DNA of 64,000 nt from Paragordius varius (taxonomy: Eukaryota > Animalia > Nematomorpha), in assembly GCA_964247055.1 (NCBI GenBank), contig OZ176056.1, positions 3,906,001-3,970,000 of the forward strand, given 5' to 3'. Position numbers and translations under genes: made by a program. The notes beneath the pieces are model-generated. The model was not told the DNA's origin, searched no databases, and worked only from the letters and a program-made list of their open reading frames with translations. Below are positions 1-14,800 of the stretch, piece by piece; within the stretch, counting starts at the first letter, position 1; each line of letters starts with the position of its first letter.

Positions 1-293
1 TTTACATAAAGGGTATTTACTTGTGCTAAGCGTTTAAATTTTTGAAAAAAACAAAAAACTTATAAACATGTCTCAAACTTATTATATAATAATTTTAATA
101 TAAATGTTTTACCATTTTCGATTTCCCTGAAAAGCACATATGGGGTTGGTATCTTTATATAAACGATAAATACCATATTTCTTCTATAAATTAATTTTTC
201 TCTGTCACCCACAATTTATTATTTATTTGTTCTGCCACCTTTTTGCCCTAATGTTAACACACTTTTAAGTCAAGGAACTTTAAAAGCCTAAAA

Positions 294-584
294 CAGGGGT
301 GTCCAACACAAATGGCTTCGCGAGCGGCATTTTTAAGTCAAAAAAGCCAGCGGGCCGCCTTTCCAATATAGGGGCATACATGTATTTAATTATAATAACA
401 TAAAATGCTAACACATTCTTTCTAGTTCTTGCCAATTGGATATGCTTATGCAAAAAAAGATTGACAAATATTAATTTTACTGATTTTGAGAGCACATTTT
501 GGCAAATTTTTGACCAAATTTACTGGCCGCACATAAAGTCTCGGAGGGCCGCATGCGGCCCGAGGGCGCGTGTTGGACACCCTT
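294..584. mobile_element. hAT (Charlie/Buster-like) non-autonomous element (MITE)
   Basis: Terminal inverted repeats CAGGGGTGTCCAACAC ... GTGTTGGACACCC plus the subterminal GGGCCGCATGCGGCCCG motif typical of Charlie-type hAT ends; no ORF of note; TSD not clear. Confidence 0.75.
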
Positions 585-959
585 TCCACTATATCAATAT
601 TAATTAAATACGCATATGCAGATACATATATATACAGTTAAAGTAAGATATCAGTTCCCTAGTTTAATATTTTAACAATGCCAAATAATAGAATTTGGGG
701 TAAAAGACATTACTAAAGGCAACAGAAAGCCCCCCCCCCCCCCTTTAAGTCTATAATATAAACTTTTTACTCTATATGCCTGGCAAACATTTAAAGTAAA
801 ATGGAAATTTAATTTAGTAAACTTATTTATAATTTGCTTTTTATACGGGTTTGATAATAAAATATTACCCAAACATAACGTTTTTACTTTTTTTATGATG
901 ATGATTTCAATCATCACAAAATTTAAATATCTGTTTGCAAATGTATGTTGAATATAAAT

Positions 960-1550
960 TATGTTTTTTTACAAAAAATCACCGAAATCTAAGCAAAATT
1001 TTTAAATCAAATTCTGAAGCAATAGAAATGTTAAGCTTAATTAAATTATAAAAAAGTGTTTTAATATCTAAAAGCGTTTTCATACCCTCATCATGCCTCA
1101 AACTAATATAAGGTCTTCAACAAAATTTGCTAAAAATTAAATTTTTGAAAAAAGTATCCATTTTTAAATAGTATTTTTTTGTGTCAAAATTCTGTATATA
1201 TTTAAAATTAAAATCGCACAATTCCACATTACGTTTATTTTATTCCCATTTTAGAAGAGCAAAAAAATTTGGGATTTTCGGAAGTTACATTTAAAGTTAA
1301 ATTTTTTAAAAAATATCGTTAGCTTTTTATAGTTAGTTTATGATATATATTTGTCATATTTTTTAACACAGCATTTAGCCTGCACCAAAAAGAATTTACT
1401 AAAAAGGGAGCAAAGTTTATTATTTTCTGATACGGAACAACACTTGCAACAAAACTGTAAAAAAATTATATCACTCGCTTAAATAAAAAGCAATGATCCT
1501 GATATATTTCCCCATCAGAATATGTTTTTTAGCAGGTTTTTTTTAATATT
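960..1550. repeat. Dispersed repeat copy (same family as the arms of the 34.9-35.9 kb palindrome)
   Basis: Shares CATCATGCCTCAAACTA, AAAAATTTGGGA(T/C)TTTCGGA, TTTTCTGATACGGA and TTAGCAGGTTTT in the same order with 35420-35950. Confidence 0.6.
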
Positions 1551-1811
1551 TAGATGTGGGCTCGCAAGGTCTCTCTTCATCTACCCCCTAATTGGGTCAT
1601 CTTGAACGCATATTTTCTAATTTAGTATATTGTGATAAACCCTCATTTTAAACTTTTTCGCAAGTATATCCTATTGAACGCTAATATAAATAGGAGAAGA
1701 GGGCAATCAAATTTTAATTAAAACAATTTTTAAAACAAGAGATAACTATATAACCCTGAAGTGTAGACTACCCCAAAATGTGATCGCATAAAAAAATGAA
1801 ATCATGTAGTA

Positions 1812-2383
1812 TTAATACTTGGATACTTCACATTTATTTTAGTCCTTCGATTCAAATTGGGTTAGTTAATTACCCCAGGCCTGTTTAAAATTAAATTTTT
1901 TAAAAATATGGAAGGAATCGAAACCATAGCAAAATTTTGCACTTGTATAACATTAATAAAACAAATTATATAAAATATTTTATTCAAAAATACTTGATAA
2001 TACTTATTTTAAAATAAAACCCAAAGGTAAAAATTTACTTACTCAACGTGACATATGTGCAATGGTAAAATTGAAAAATAATACAAAATAAACCGCTTTT
2101 TCTATTTCTATCGATAGATGTAATTTAAATAAAAAATTTGCTTTAATTCTACCCTTAAAATTAATTGAAAACGATATTTTGCAAAAATTTTGTAAAATAA
2201 AAAGACGGCGAAGTAGCACATGAAACTTTTTTTTTTAAAATTTATTTAGATATTTTGGCACATTTAATAATTTTTATTAGGATAGAGGCATAAATTTAAA
2301 TTTGGGCCGTTTCTTACAATTTTTTAAAAATTTTAATTCAAATTTAGTTTGGGGTATTTAGATACCTTGAATCGAAGTGTTAA
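1812..2383 (+). mobile_element. TTAA-flanked MITE (piggyBac-like target), copy 1
   Basis: TTAA at 1812-1815 and 2380-2383; inner inverted motif CTTCGATTCAAATTGGG...TACCCC / GGGGTATTTAGATACC...TTGAATCGAAGTG; colinear with 23481-24053. Confidence 0.65.
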
Positions 2384-3322
2384 TAAAAAATTAGTAAAAA
2401 GAGATGAGGAGTTTTTACATTTAAGAATTTATAAGCTTAAAAAACTAAATAAAGCATTTAAATTTGATCAGTGCAAAAAATATTTTTAAAATATTATTTA
2501 TAGCCCAGGATTATATAATCCAAAATGTCATACAATTTTGAGCTATAATCAATATTTAGCAGCGTAAAAATATACTTAATCCTTAACTATAACATATTTA
2601 TCGACATAATAACTACTTTACATTTTATGTAAGATTAATATAAACATATCGTATTACTTTTAGTTTTGCCGTTGAAATTCAAGCCATTTTAAACAAATAT
2701 TTTAATTCAGCATTCATGTTATATAAATCCATTTAATGATATATTTATTTTAAAATTAAATTAATAGGCCTGGGGTCATTTGTATCGACGATAGATTTTT
2801 TTCAAGTAATTAGTTCTAAAAAACTTAGAATTTTGTTAACGCTTTATTAAAGTTTTTTAAAAGCAAAATAACTGTTAAATCTATATGAGTAGCGATGCGC
2901 AAAATTTTTCTATTGAAATCAACTTAATTTTCATCATTTCACAATTTTACAGTATTACCACATGGTAGAGGAATAACATTTTTATGATTTGGCCTTGAGC
3001 ACTTGTTTTCAGTCACAAAGCCAATTACATAATCAATCTAATCTTTATGTTATTCTTTTAGTTAGTTGTTATTTACCAAATACTCATTTTTTTTACTATA
3101 TATTGTTGATGTTTCATTTGTTAAACTGGTCACAACTTCTTTTAATTTTATTGTCATTTTAAATTTAACATAAATTTATTAACATATAATAACAATATTT
3201 TATACATCTAATTTCCACATTCTTAACATTGTTTTGGTATTTACTTTTATTCCCTACATTATATTTTAATAAACTTTGGCAAATAATTATTTTAAGCACT
3301 TTATATTAGAACCTTTTTACAA

Positions 3323-5856
3323 ATGGCTGAAGCACATTCTGCTGTCGCGTTTTCCTTTTCAGTCACTCATGAAGGAATTGATTTTGATATCGATTGGGAT
3401 GCCTGGAAAGTTGTTTGGTACAGTGGATATAGAGCTTGGCGTAAACGCATTTCACGTTTCCGGGTTAGTTTTATTCTTATCAATTTTTAAGTAATCTTTG
3501 ATTTAAATATTAATTTTAAAAGTGAAATTTTAAAATTTTGAATTAAAACTTTTAGTCGAATTAAAATTTATTTTAAAAATTATTAATTATATTATATAAA
3601 TAATATGGGTTCTATCGGTTTAGCTAATTACATGAAAATTTTAAATATAATCTTAAATTCTCTTGCTATGTAATTTAAATATTTTTTTCTAAAATATTTA
3701 TATGTCATTGTATATATTTTATCATTGACAAAATAATTCGATTTAACTTATTTATTTTTAGATTAAAATTCGTAATATATTAACACTTAGACTTGGAAAC
3801 ATTTTTTGAAATTATTTTCGAAAAATAAATGATAAATGCGCTAATTAATATTAACTAGCTAAATATTAGTTCCATAATTTTTAAAAATTTTCTCAATGAT
3901 AATTAATGAGGAAAAACTGTCAATATTGTTTATTTTTTTTTAAAAAAAACATACATAAAAAATTCAAGTGTAATTTTTTGGCATCACACTCACTTTTGAT
4001 TAATTTTGACAACTTTTTATTTCAACATATTGATTTCCTTTTAACGTTTTTTTATGGTGTCATAACTATTAAAATAATAACTATTACTAAATGAAAAGCC
4101 CAAAATAAATCCATATTTTGATTATCATGGGATAGTATTTGAAGGATAATTTATATAAATTCAAATTGTATGTTTATTTAAAATTTGGTCAAATTTTATT
4201 TTTCACCTTAAAAAACGGTTATTTTTAACATCGGGAATAACTTGTTATATATTCTTAAAAGCCATGCCTCTTAAAATTAAATGGTTTTTTTCAATTTTCA
4301 GGCATCCATTCACTTAGCGTTGTTTAAAAAGAAAATTCTAATATAATTAGTATAATATTACTTATATAATTTAAAATTTTTTATGTTAGTTAATTTATAT
4401 TTTTAGAGTATTTTTTGGACGGGTCTTTTTCCAATAGCTATGACTTCCTGGCCTTTCTTGATTGTGTTAGTTGCTTTGCTCAAACGTTTTAAATTTCACG
4501 GTGAATGGAATTATGCAGAACGATTTCATTCTCTACTTCCCTTATGGTAATTTAAATTTTTTTTATTATTTTTGCATTTTTAATCAACAACAACCCCAAA
4601 TCAATGATTTTTATTTTAAATGCAGCTATTTGCTTTAACAGAAAATGAATTAAATTATGAGTTTGACGGTTTATAAAATATAAAGTTTTTTATATAAACT
4701 ATATTTTTAAAAAATAATCCATTATGTGAATTAATAAAAATATTGTGGAGTTTGCAATCATATTTTTTAACATTCTTCTTTGAAAAATAATTTACTGACC
4801 TATAGGACTGCGAATTAGACACCCCAGTTTTAGGTAATTAAACAACTTTTTTAGGTTTAAAAAATTTATATTAAGACGCGTAGTTTTTACTTTTCAGTGT
4901 GAAGCAAGTAAATGTCAACATTCCAGTTAAAATTTTTATTATAATAATAATATTGTGTTTTAGAATAATATGATGTAATATCAGCAAAATTAATAATAAA
5001 TTTATTAATGAATTTTCGTTAGATTCCTCTAACTTCTTCGGATCAACACAAAAATAAAATCAAAATAGTTACAAATTAAAATTATGAAATATTTTATAAT
5101 AATAATAATATTGTGTTTATAAAAATAATATATATATATGTTACAAAATAGGCCAAGAATATTTGTTGATTGGTTATGTTGCGTTATATTTGCCATTGGG
5201 ATTTGGCTTATATTCGTATTACTTAGTCAATATACATTACGACTTTTATTACTGTATCAGGGTTGGATTTTTGAACCGTTTGGACGTCCATCTTTACCAA
5301 CTAAAATATGGGGGGTAGGTTTAAATTTTTATCTACTTTGAAAATATTTTTAAAAAGTTTTTGAATTGTTTTTTAAAATAGAATTTTGAGTTACTTTTTA
5401 TGATATTTAGGATGTATTTATGATTAATTTTAATGTGTTTTTTGGTATAGATAGTGAACACATTAAATATGTTTGTCAGGATAAAAAATTTTTAAAAGTT
5501 TTAAATGGCCAAATCTAACATTGTTTTATGCCAATTTTTTTTCTTTTCTTTGATTCAAAAAATATTATTTTTAAAGTGGTTTATGGATGTTTTTTAAAAT
5601 AAATAAAATTATAATTTGAGTTACTTTTTGTCAATATTTAGGATGTATTTAAGATTAATTTATAATGGTTTTTGTTCTCTATATATATAGTGAACACATT
5701 AAATATGCATTATGTCAAGATAAAAAATTTATTTAAAGGTTTAAATGGCCAAATTTAACTATGTTACTGTTTTTATTGATTTTAAAATAAAATTATATTT
5801 TGCGTTACTTTTTGTCAATATTTAGGATGTATTTATGATTGATTCTAATGGTTTTT

Positions 5857-5904
<48 letters not shown>

Positions 5905-8900
5905 GACACGTTGAATTATATAATTATTTGACTTTAAATTTTTTAAATTAATTACTTCCAAAATATTGATACTTATAAATGTAAATCTTATTAGATTATG
6001 GTTAAATTACTGTTGGGTTCTAAGCCTTTACTGTATGGCTTGCAAAATTGTTTACCACGGTTACCTGTCCCAAAACTGCATGATACTATGAAAAGAGTAT
6101 TTTATATAATTTACTCAAAAAATTTATTTTGTTTTCAGGGATATCTGGAATCGTTATTGTATTACCGTATCTAACTTATTTATAAACTTTTTTGTTAATC
6201 AAAATATATTTTTCCAATAATACCATATTTTGAAATTAAATGACTTTCTGGGGTTTTTAAAAACTATAGTTTTTATCTTTATTTATTAAATGTTAAATTT
6301 TTTTGTTTAATATCAAATCTTTCTTCGTAATTATAGGCACAATTTGTGTTTATTTAAGATTAAGGTCAAATTAATTATGAATTGGATATCAGAATTAGGT
6401 CAAACAACTATTTAATCGTAAATCTTTTATAATATTTTTATATATTTCACCCTTGACCAATTTAAATTCACTGCTGATCAATTCAAATTCACCCTCAAAC
6501 AAATCAAATTTATTTTTAAACAATTCAAATTCACCCCATAAAAATAAATTATGTGTTTTCGGGCTAATATAACTCATCCTTAATATGAATTAACATAGTT
6601 TATCATTTTTCAGTGTCATTTTAATTTTAAACAAAATAACCTCATTTGAAAATATAAAAAGATATGAGCAATTTTTAATCTTAAAAAGACATAATTTATT
6701 TTAGGGTGAATTTTAAATGAAAGTATGAATATAAATTGATAAAGATGAATTTGAATTGATCAAGGTAATTTTGAATAAATGGTATAATTTAGTTTAGAAA
6801 CGGAAATATATAATAAAAAAATTTCGTAACCGAAAAAAATAGTGTTTGTGTTTTAATTCTTTGCTTTCTTTACTCTGAAACAACATTTTTCATTTAAAGC
6901 TTTAATTATGTTTATTTTTTCTAGTATTTAGAAACGGTAAAACCTTTACTTAGTCCAGACCAATATCGGGATATGGAAAGGTTAGCTATTGAGTTTGAAA
7001 GTACTCTCGGTTACAAATTACAGCGATACCTTATTCTTAAATCCTGGTGGTACACAAATTATGTAATAAATATTTTAGCTTATTTTTTATTCAAATCTAT
7101 AATTACTTTTATTTTATTTTTAATAATTTTAATAATGACATATATAGGTTTCAGATTGGTGGGAGGAATATGTATATTTGCGGGGGCGATCTCCGATCAT
7201 GGTGAATAGCAATTATTATGCCATGGTAAATATATATTTTCTGTCTTTTTTTGTTCAAAAATTTACAATTTTTAAAATTCACTAAAAATTTTTTAAAGAA
7301 ACTTTAAAGAATGTTATAGTAAACTAATCAAATATATATGATTAATCTTAGTTTAATATATGAACCATGTGAAATTTATCTAAAAATGTTTAAAAAATAT
7401 TTTTTATAGTGAGAAAATTCGTATTTTGTTTGACGGGTTATGAATGCATTTTCAAATATACCTGTTTTTTTGTCTATATATGTTTTTAACTTGTAATAAA
7501 AAATAAGTCAAAGTAAATATATATAATTTATTTATATTTATTAATTTACTAATTTATTATTAACTGTTTCAAGGATGCACTAAAATACCAGGCGACGAAT
7601 TTACAAGCCCCCAGAGCTGCAAATTGTATACATGCCCTCTTTAAATTTAGACGACTTATATATTACCAAACGCTAAAACCGGTATTATACAGAATATATA
7701 AATATACCATTTACAGTTCAAATTCACCCTTAAACATCCAAATTCACCTTAAAATAAATTATATGATTTTTAAGATTAAAAACTACCTTTAATTAAATTT
7801 TTTAAAAAAGAAATTTTGTGTGTAATCAAAATAATACTGAAAACATAATAAATTTTGCCATAAAAATATATTTAATTTTAATGGTGATTTATATAAGACC
7901 GAAAATTTATAATTTATTTTTAGGGTGAATTTGAATTGTTCGAGGGTGAATTTGAAATGTAAATGGTATATACAAATTTTAAATAGCGTTGCAATTAATT
8001 CTGTTTCTTTATTGTAAATATTGAATTTTTTTTAAAAAAACTACATTTTGCATTTATATAATTAAACTCTTCTTCATTTAGTATATATATATATATATAT
8101 ATATATGTAATTAATGTCATTTTTAACTCATTCTTTACTTATATATCAGTATATTTATTTTTTAAGAGATTTTTTACCACAAAAATTTAAAGGTTTTATT
8201 TTTCACATTGGCTACATATCATATAATTAAATGAATATTTTTATTATAAAAATTTTTAAAATATAATAAATTTTATTTGAATTTATAACTTTAATTTTAA
8301 ATTTAGATAATTTTTCAAGGCACAGTTCCTTTATGCTCACATCAATATGAACGTATGTTTAATACAACACGCATTCCTGGTGTCGATACTGGTTATTATA
8401 TTATATTATAAAAAAATATTTAGATTCGCACTTTAAATTAACTCTGATTTAACTTTTAATTTTGGCAGGAATTTATTTTGGGGCTAGAATAATTTATATA
8501 AATGCTAAATAAATATTATAATTATTAAATACATATGTCTATAAAAATATTCCATAATCATATATTTTTTTAAAAATCTTAAAACAATTATATTTACAGG
8601 ATTACTTTTACAATATTTGGATAACACAGTAGTGTAAACATTGTGGAATTTATTTTGGACTAGAATGGATTGATAAAAATATATTATATCAAGATCAAAA
8701 TATTTTTCCCAAGATAATCCCTAAAATCATAAATTAAAAAAACACATTTAATAAATGCGCACTATTTGTATTAAACCCTTTGGGGCGCTTTGATAACTTT
8801 AAGATTTAAATATTAATTAAATTTTGATGATATTTTCGTAATCTAAAATAATTTATTGTTAAAATAATAAATTTTAATTAATCAATCCTAGAATTATTGA

Positions 8901-11600
8901 CAATTTTTTTGATTGAAATAAATTTATTAAATGCTTTATTTTGCAATTTTTTGTATGCCCAGATAAAATCCAACATTTGGATGATAGTCAACACATTGTA
9001 GTTTATCACAGGGGTCGCTTTTTCAAAGTCCTCATATACCACAAAGGTCATTTAATGGAACCGTGCGAAATTGAAATGTAAATTATTATATTTTATTTTA
9101 ATTTTTGATTTTTTTTGGTTATTTTAACATTGTATAAATTGATTGATATAAATAGATTAAAATTATATTTTATTGTCCGTAAAACGATATCACGTATTAA
9201 AAAACGGAAAACATTTTAAAAGTATGCATTTTAATGGTTGTTTATTTCACACAATAGTTAGGCAATTTGCATTACAGTAGTGTATGGGAAAAACAACAAA
9301 ATATTGAATAAACCATTTTTTTCCGTCTTACATAACTCTTTGTTTATTTTATTCAATATTTTGTTGTTTTTTACCATACACTTCTGTGTTGCAAATTGTC
9401 CAATTATAATGTGAAATAAGCATCCATTAAAAATAATACTGTGAAACTTATTATCTTTTTTTCGAATAATAATCAATCCTTATATGAATTAATTGTGAAA
9501 CCATATTTGCAATTTTAAAAACTACAAAATAATTTTATTTTAAGTTAAACATTTATTCAATATAAATATGATATTATTTTAAGTTAATCAATAGTAAATG
9601 ATGATTTTTAATTTTATTTTTATTCATTTGCAGTCAAATGCAAACCATATTGGATGATCAAACTCCACCCGCCCCTGGTGAAAAGGATATACCAGCTTTA
9701 ACTGCTGCAGATAGGTTTTTCAATTTAACTAAAAAACTTTTAAGCATTGTTGTGGAAATGGAGAAAAATAATTTTTAAGATGGTTTTTAATAAAAAATAA
9801 ATTCTTCGAACTATTATATTTTTCTAAACATTTTTGATTTTTATCTAACAAAAAAACTAAAATTTGGGAAATAGATATTTGGGGTTGTTTATATTTTTGC
9901 GGATAACATACATAATATTTTTTTAAAGATATTATTTTCAACTTTTTTAACATTTTTAAATTAAAAATTGGAATTTTTTGTTTTTTGATTCGAAGGTATA
10001 CACGGAAAAATAATTACTTTAGCCAATATTTTTAAAGAAACTTCCTTTTTACTTTTTATTTTACATTATCTTTGATAAAATTATTTTAAACTTTTTATTA
10101 ATTAAATCATTGCTATTAAGCACATGTGAGCTGGTTAGGTGGACAAAGGGTTTCAAATGTTTTTTTAACATTAGTAAAATCGATGGCGGATTTTCACTAT
10201 TCCTCTCCAAACTTTTTGGAAACAATCGTATTAAATTACAAAAAGCCTTAGCAACACTGCATTTCCTTAAACAATGCAAATACAATTCACTAATTTCAAT
10301 TTTTTACGGTTTAAATCACATTTTTACACACCTCACCACACCAGAATCCTCCACTAAACCGAAAAGAAAATGTTACAAGCTTCGATTAGACAACAATATA
10401 AAATAATATCACAATTATCAAAATCGTTATGTAAATTACATCTCCAGCTCTCCAAAAAACTTCCCCAGTCTTTTTTTTCTAAACTTGATAAATTAACCTC
10501 CCAAAGATCATTAAATATTTTTAACACAATTACCGATAATAAAAATAAAAAATTCGAAAAAATTTATAGCAAAAATTTACAAACAAACACCGCTAAACAA
10601 CAACTAGACCTAGAAAAAACAGTAGTCAATCTTTCTGATAAACCCATTTTTTCCGATGATCTCAAAACAATGCTAAATTATGGTTTAAACTATGTTTTAA
10701 CCCCCAACTACATCTCCAAGGAAACAATAATAACCGAGATAGAAAATAGCATCCGTAACCTACCACAGTCCCAAGCCGATATTGTTAGAATCGAAACAAG
10801 TCATATCATAAAAAAATCAAAACTCTACCTCAACCCAATTACACAAAAGAACAATACAAAGCCTCAAAAGATGCTATAAATGACCCCGAACCAGTTATGT
10901 TACCCGCAGATAAAGGCATAGCTACAGTAATACTATCAAAGGATCAATACATTAATAAAATGAATGGGTTATTAAACACAGATGATTAGAAACCCTATTA
11001 AAAAAGACCCAACTAATAAAATAACAAATATAAAAAAAAACAGCTATAAAAACTCCACACTACCAGAAAAACAGAAACGTGAGTCTATACTTAAGTTCAC
11101 CATACTCCAATTGTCATCAATATAAATTCACCAACAAACAGTTACTCAAACATTTGAAATCCTTTGTCCACCTAACCAGCTCACATGTGATTAATAGAAA
11201 TGATTTCATCAACAAAATAAAAAATGTTAAAATTGATGAAACAGATGTTTTAGTCACTTTTTATTAATTAATTATCTTTTTATATTTTATTAATAATATT
11301 TTTTTGTTTTTTTTATTTAAATGTTTGTCAGAAAACCATGGGCCTTAGCAAGAAAGCAATACTTTAACAAGGGTGTTAATAGAGCATCTTTGGAAGCTAT
11401 TGAAAAGGTTAGTATAGTTTTTGCATATTTTACTAACATTTATTTTTAAATTATTTAAAAAATATTTATTGCGAAATTATTAAAATATTTTTAGATATCT
11501 AGATTATAATTATTTTTTTCTAGGCCGCCTTTTTTGTCACATTGGATGAGGACTTGGGATTCGTGGAACCGGTATTATTATTAGAATTCTAACAAACGTT

Positions 11601-11645
<45 letters not shown>

Positions 11646-11735
11646 ATTGGATTTTTAAATAGGCGTGAACGAAAAACTTGAAGACCAAAATTTATTTTTG
11701 ATAATTATTTGCTTTAATTGCCAATATATATGCGT

Positions 11736-11805
<70 letters not shown>

Positions 11806-14800
11806 TACCAATTATAAGCGAAGGACACATAGTTTTGTATATGCCAAATTTAGTCACTTATTTTTTTTTAATTTTTTATTTTTGAAAAAAAAAGGATCGT
11901 TAACTTTTAAAATCTGAAAATGGTCGCATTGAATATAAATCCAAATAACGGTTAATTAATCAGATTTATTTTATAAAATATTAAAATGACAAAAATTTTG
12001 CTATCAATCAATCAATTGTAAAAATATTTTTTTATATTTTAAAAGTGAAGCTAAAATAAACATAGGGTTAATTAGTCCTAATTTAGCACATTATGTTTTA
12101 AATTAAATTTTATTTTATATAAATTTAAAATTTGTTTGTAATTCATAACTTTTAAATTTTATAAATTTATAATTTTTAAAATATGTTCAGGGCACCGATG
12201 ATGAACTTGACAAATACGCCGCGTCTTTGTTGCACGGCAAAGGAAATGACAGATGGTTTGATAAATCTTTTACATTGATTGTCTACAAAAATGGAAGGGT
12301 AAAAAAATAATTTTTTTGTAAATTTTTAAATTTTTTGAACTATGATTCATTTTATCATAATTTACATTATTTATTTATTTCGTTTAAAGGTTGGATTTAA
12401 CGCTGAACATAGCTGGTAAAATATATTTATTTGTATATTTATAGTTGTAAAATGTTTATAAAAATATTTGAAAATTATTTATATTTTTTTTAAAAAATTG
12501 TTTTTTTTTCTTTTTATAGGGCGGATGCACCTATAATGGCTCACGCAGTAGTGGAAATGTTAACTATGGATTATAATATGGGGTATGAAAATTTTCTTAT
12601 TTAAAATTATAATTTTTGTCATAGCACGATAAAATTTTAGCAAATTAATAGATAAGAGTGAAAATTTTTTCTAATGAACCTTTGGTAAAAATAAAAAAAT
12701 CTAACTCACTTTTCAAACTAAATTTGATTCCGAAATCATATTTTGATGTGTATAAAATTACAAATTCTAAATTCAGAAGTGTCCAACATGGCGATCTTCG
12801 CAACTGATTCTATAATTATTGGTTTCCCTTTTATTTATTTTGAGCCCAATTTTGGATGATATGCAACTTCTAAATAATCGTAAATTTTTGATTGAAATCC
12901 AATTTTTTATTCTTTTAACATTTTTTAAAGCACTTTTGCGCACCTAAAAAACTGTGTTGGACATCCCTGCTCTAAATTATCTAAAAATAATTACATTTAT
13001 AATGATATAAAATATCTAAATTTTAGCGATTTTTAATACAGTATTTATAATATATTAAATTCTTTATAATCATGTGCTTTTTTCAAAAAAAATCCTATAT
13101 TATGTCGTATTATTACTAACTGTGTTGACCATCATTGCTCTAAATTAATTATCAAAAAATGATTACATTTTTAGTGTATAATGATATAAATATTCAACTT
13201 TAGCGATTTTTTAATATAATATTTATAATATATTAAATTCTTTATAATCAGATTCCTTTTTTAAAAAATCATATTATTATGTCGTATAATGTCTATATTA
13301 ACTACCATATCATTAAAAAATTTCATTTTGACTCTATTTCCATATGTATAGATATACATCAAATGGACATTGTAATGTTACAACACCCAATACCATAGTG
13401 CCCATACCTATAAAATTGGGTTGGAACCTTAAACCTGAAGTAATTGAATGTTTTTTTCCTGTAAATTTTTCGTAAAGAATAAATATTTTAACAAAAAAAA
13501 AGTTTTTTCATTGTTATGAATATCAAGATTTATTAGATTTAATCGAGCGAATTTAGATGCAAGTATGAGTTGCTGGAAAAAATATTCTTTTATAGGTGCA
13601 ATAAAAATGCAAAATGGTATATCTAGGTTAATTGAAATCTGATTGGATTATCTTTTATTTTAATCAGTTTTTGTTATGACTAATTTTAATTATGGGAATT
13701 TAACCCTTTTTCTATTTTTTAACCCTATCATCGTCCCTCTATGCTATAAAATTATTAAAATATATGGTTATAATAAAAAGATAAATTAATAAATTTGTTG
13801 TTTCAATGCGGTATAAATCTCAATAAGAGTTTGAGAAATCATATATATATATGATTATAACTCTGATTAGGTACTCGATGGTATTTGGTTTAAAAGAATT
13901 ACATACTTTTTAAGTACAAAAAGAACGGTAAATTTACTTTTCCAACAAAAATCACAAATTAATTAAATGATGAATCTCATACTTTTAATAAATCTAACAT
14001 TCCCATCTAAACGCAATAGTTTTTTTTATATAGCCCATCGGATCTTTATAATAGGGTAATATTTAGTTTCTCATTTTTTTGAAATTTAACAAAGATTTTA
14101 GATAAAAATGCGGACAAAATATAATATAACATACATAGTATGAACATTAATGTTAATCAATAATAACATTGCAAAATTGTTTATTTAGGACAATTGAAAA
14201 ATCTGATTGGATAGGTGTCTTTTACTTTTAATTAGTTTTTCGTTAGAACTTTAATTTTTTTATAACGAAAATTTAACCTTATCTTATTTAATCCTATCAT
14301 CGTCCCTCTATGCTATAAAATTATTGAAATGTATGGTTAAATATGGTTATAATAATTGAATGATAAATTAATAAATTTGTTGTTTCATAGCGGTATTTTA
14401 TCTCAATAATAGTTTGATTAATCATATGTGTGATTATAACTCAGATTAGGTACTCGATGGTATTTGGTATAAAGAAGTTTAATACTTTTTACGTACAAAA
14501 AAACGGTAAATTTGCTTTTATATTAATAACCCAAATTAATTAAATGACGATTCTCATACTTTTAAAACTAATATTCTTATCTATGCGCAATAATATTTTA
14601 TAAACTATCAGATAAGTAATATTTATTTTCTCATTAATTTGAAATTTAACATAAATACAATATACTAAAGATTTTAGATAAAAATGCGAACAAAATATAA
14701 TTTAACATATACAGTATGAACATTAATGTTGATCAATACACATTATTGTTGGCCAATTGGTTATACACTACACTAGCGTATGATATAAAACAAATTTTGT

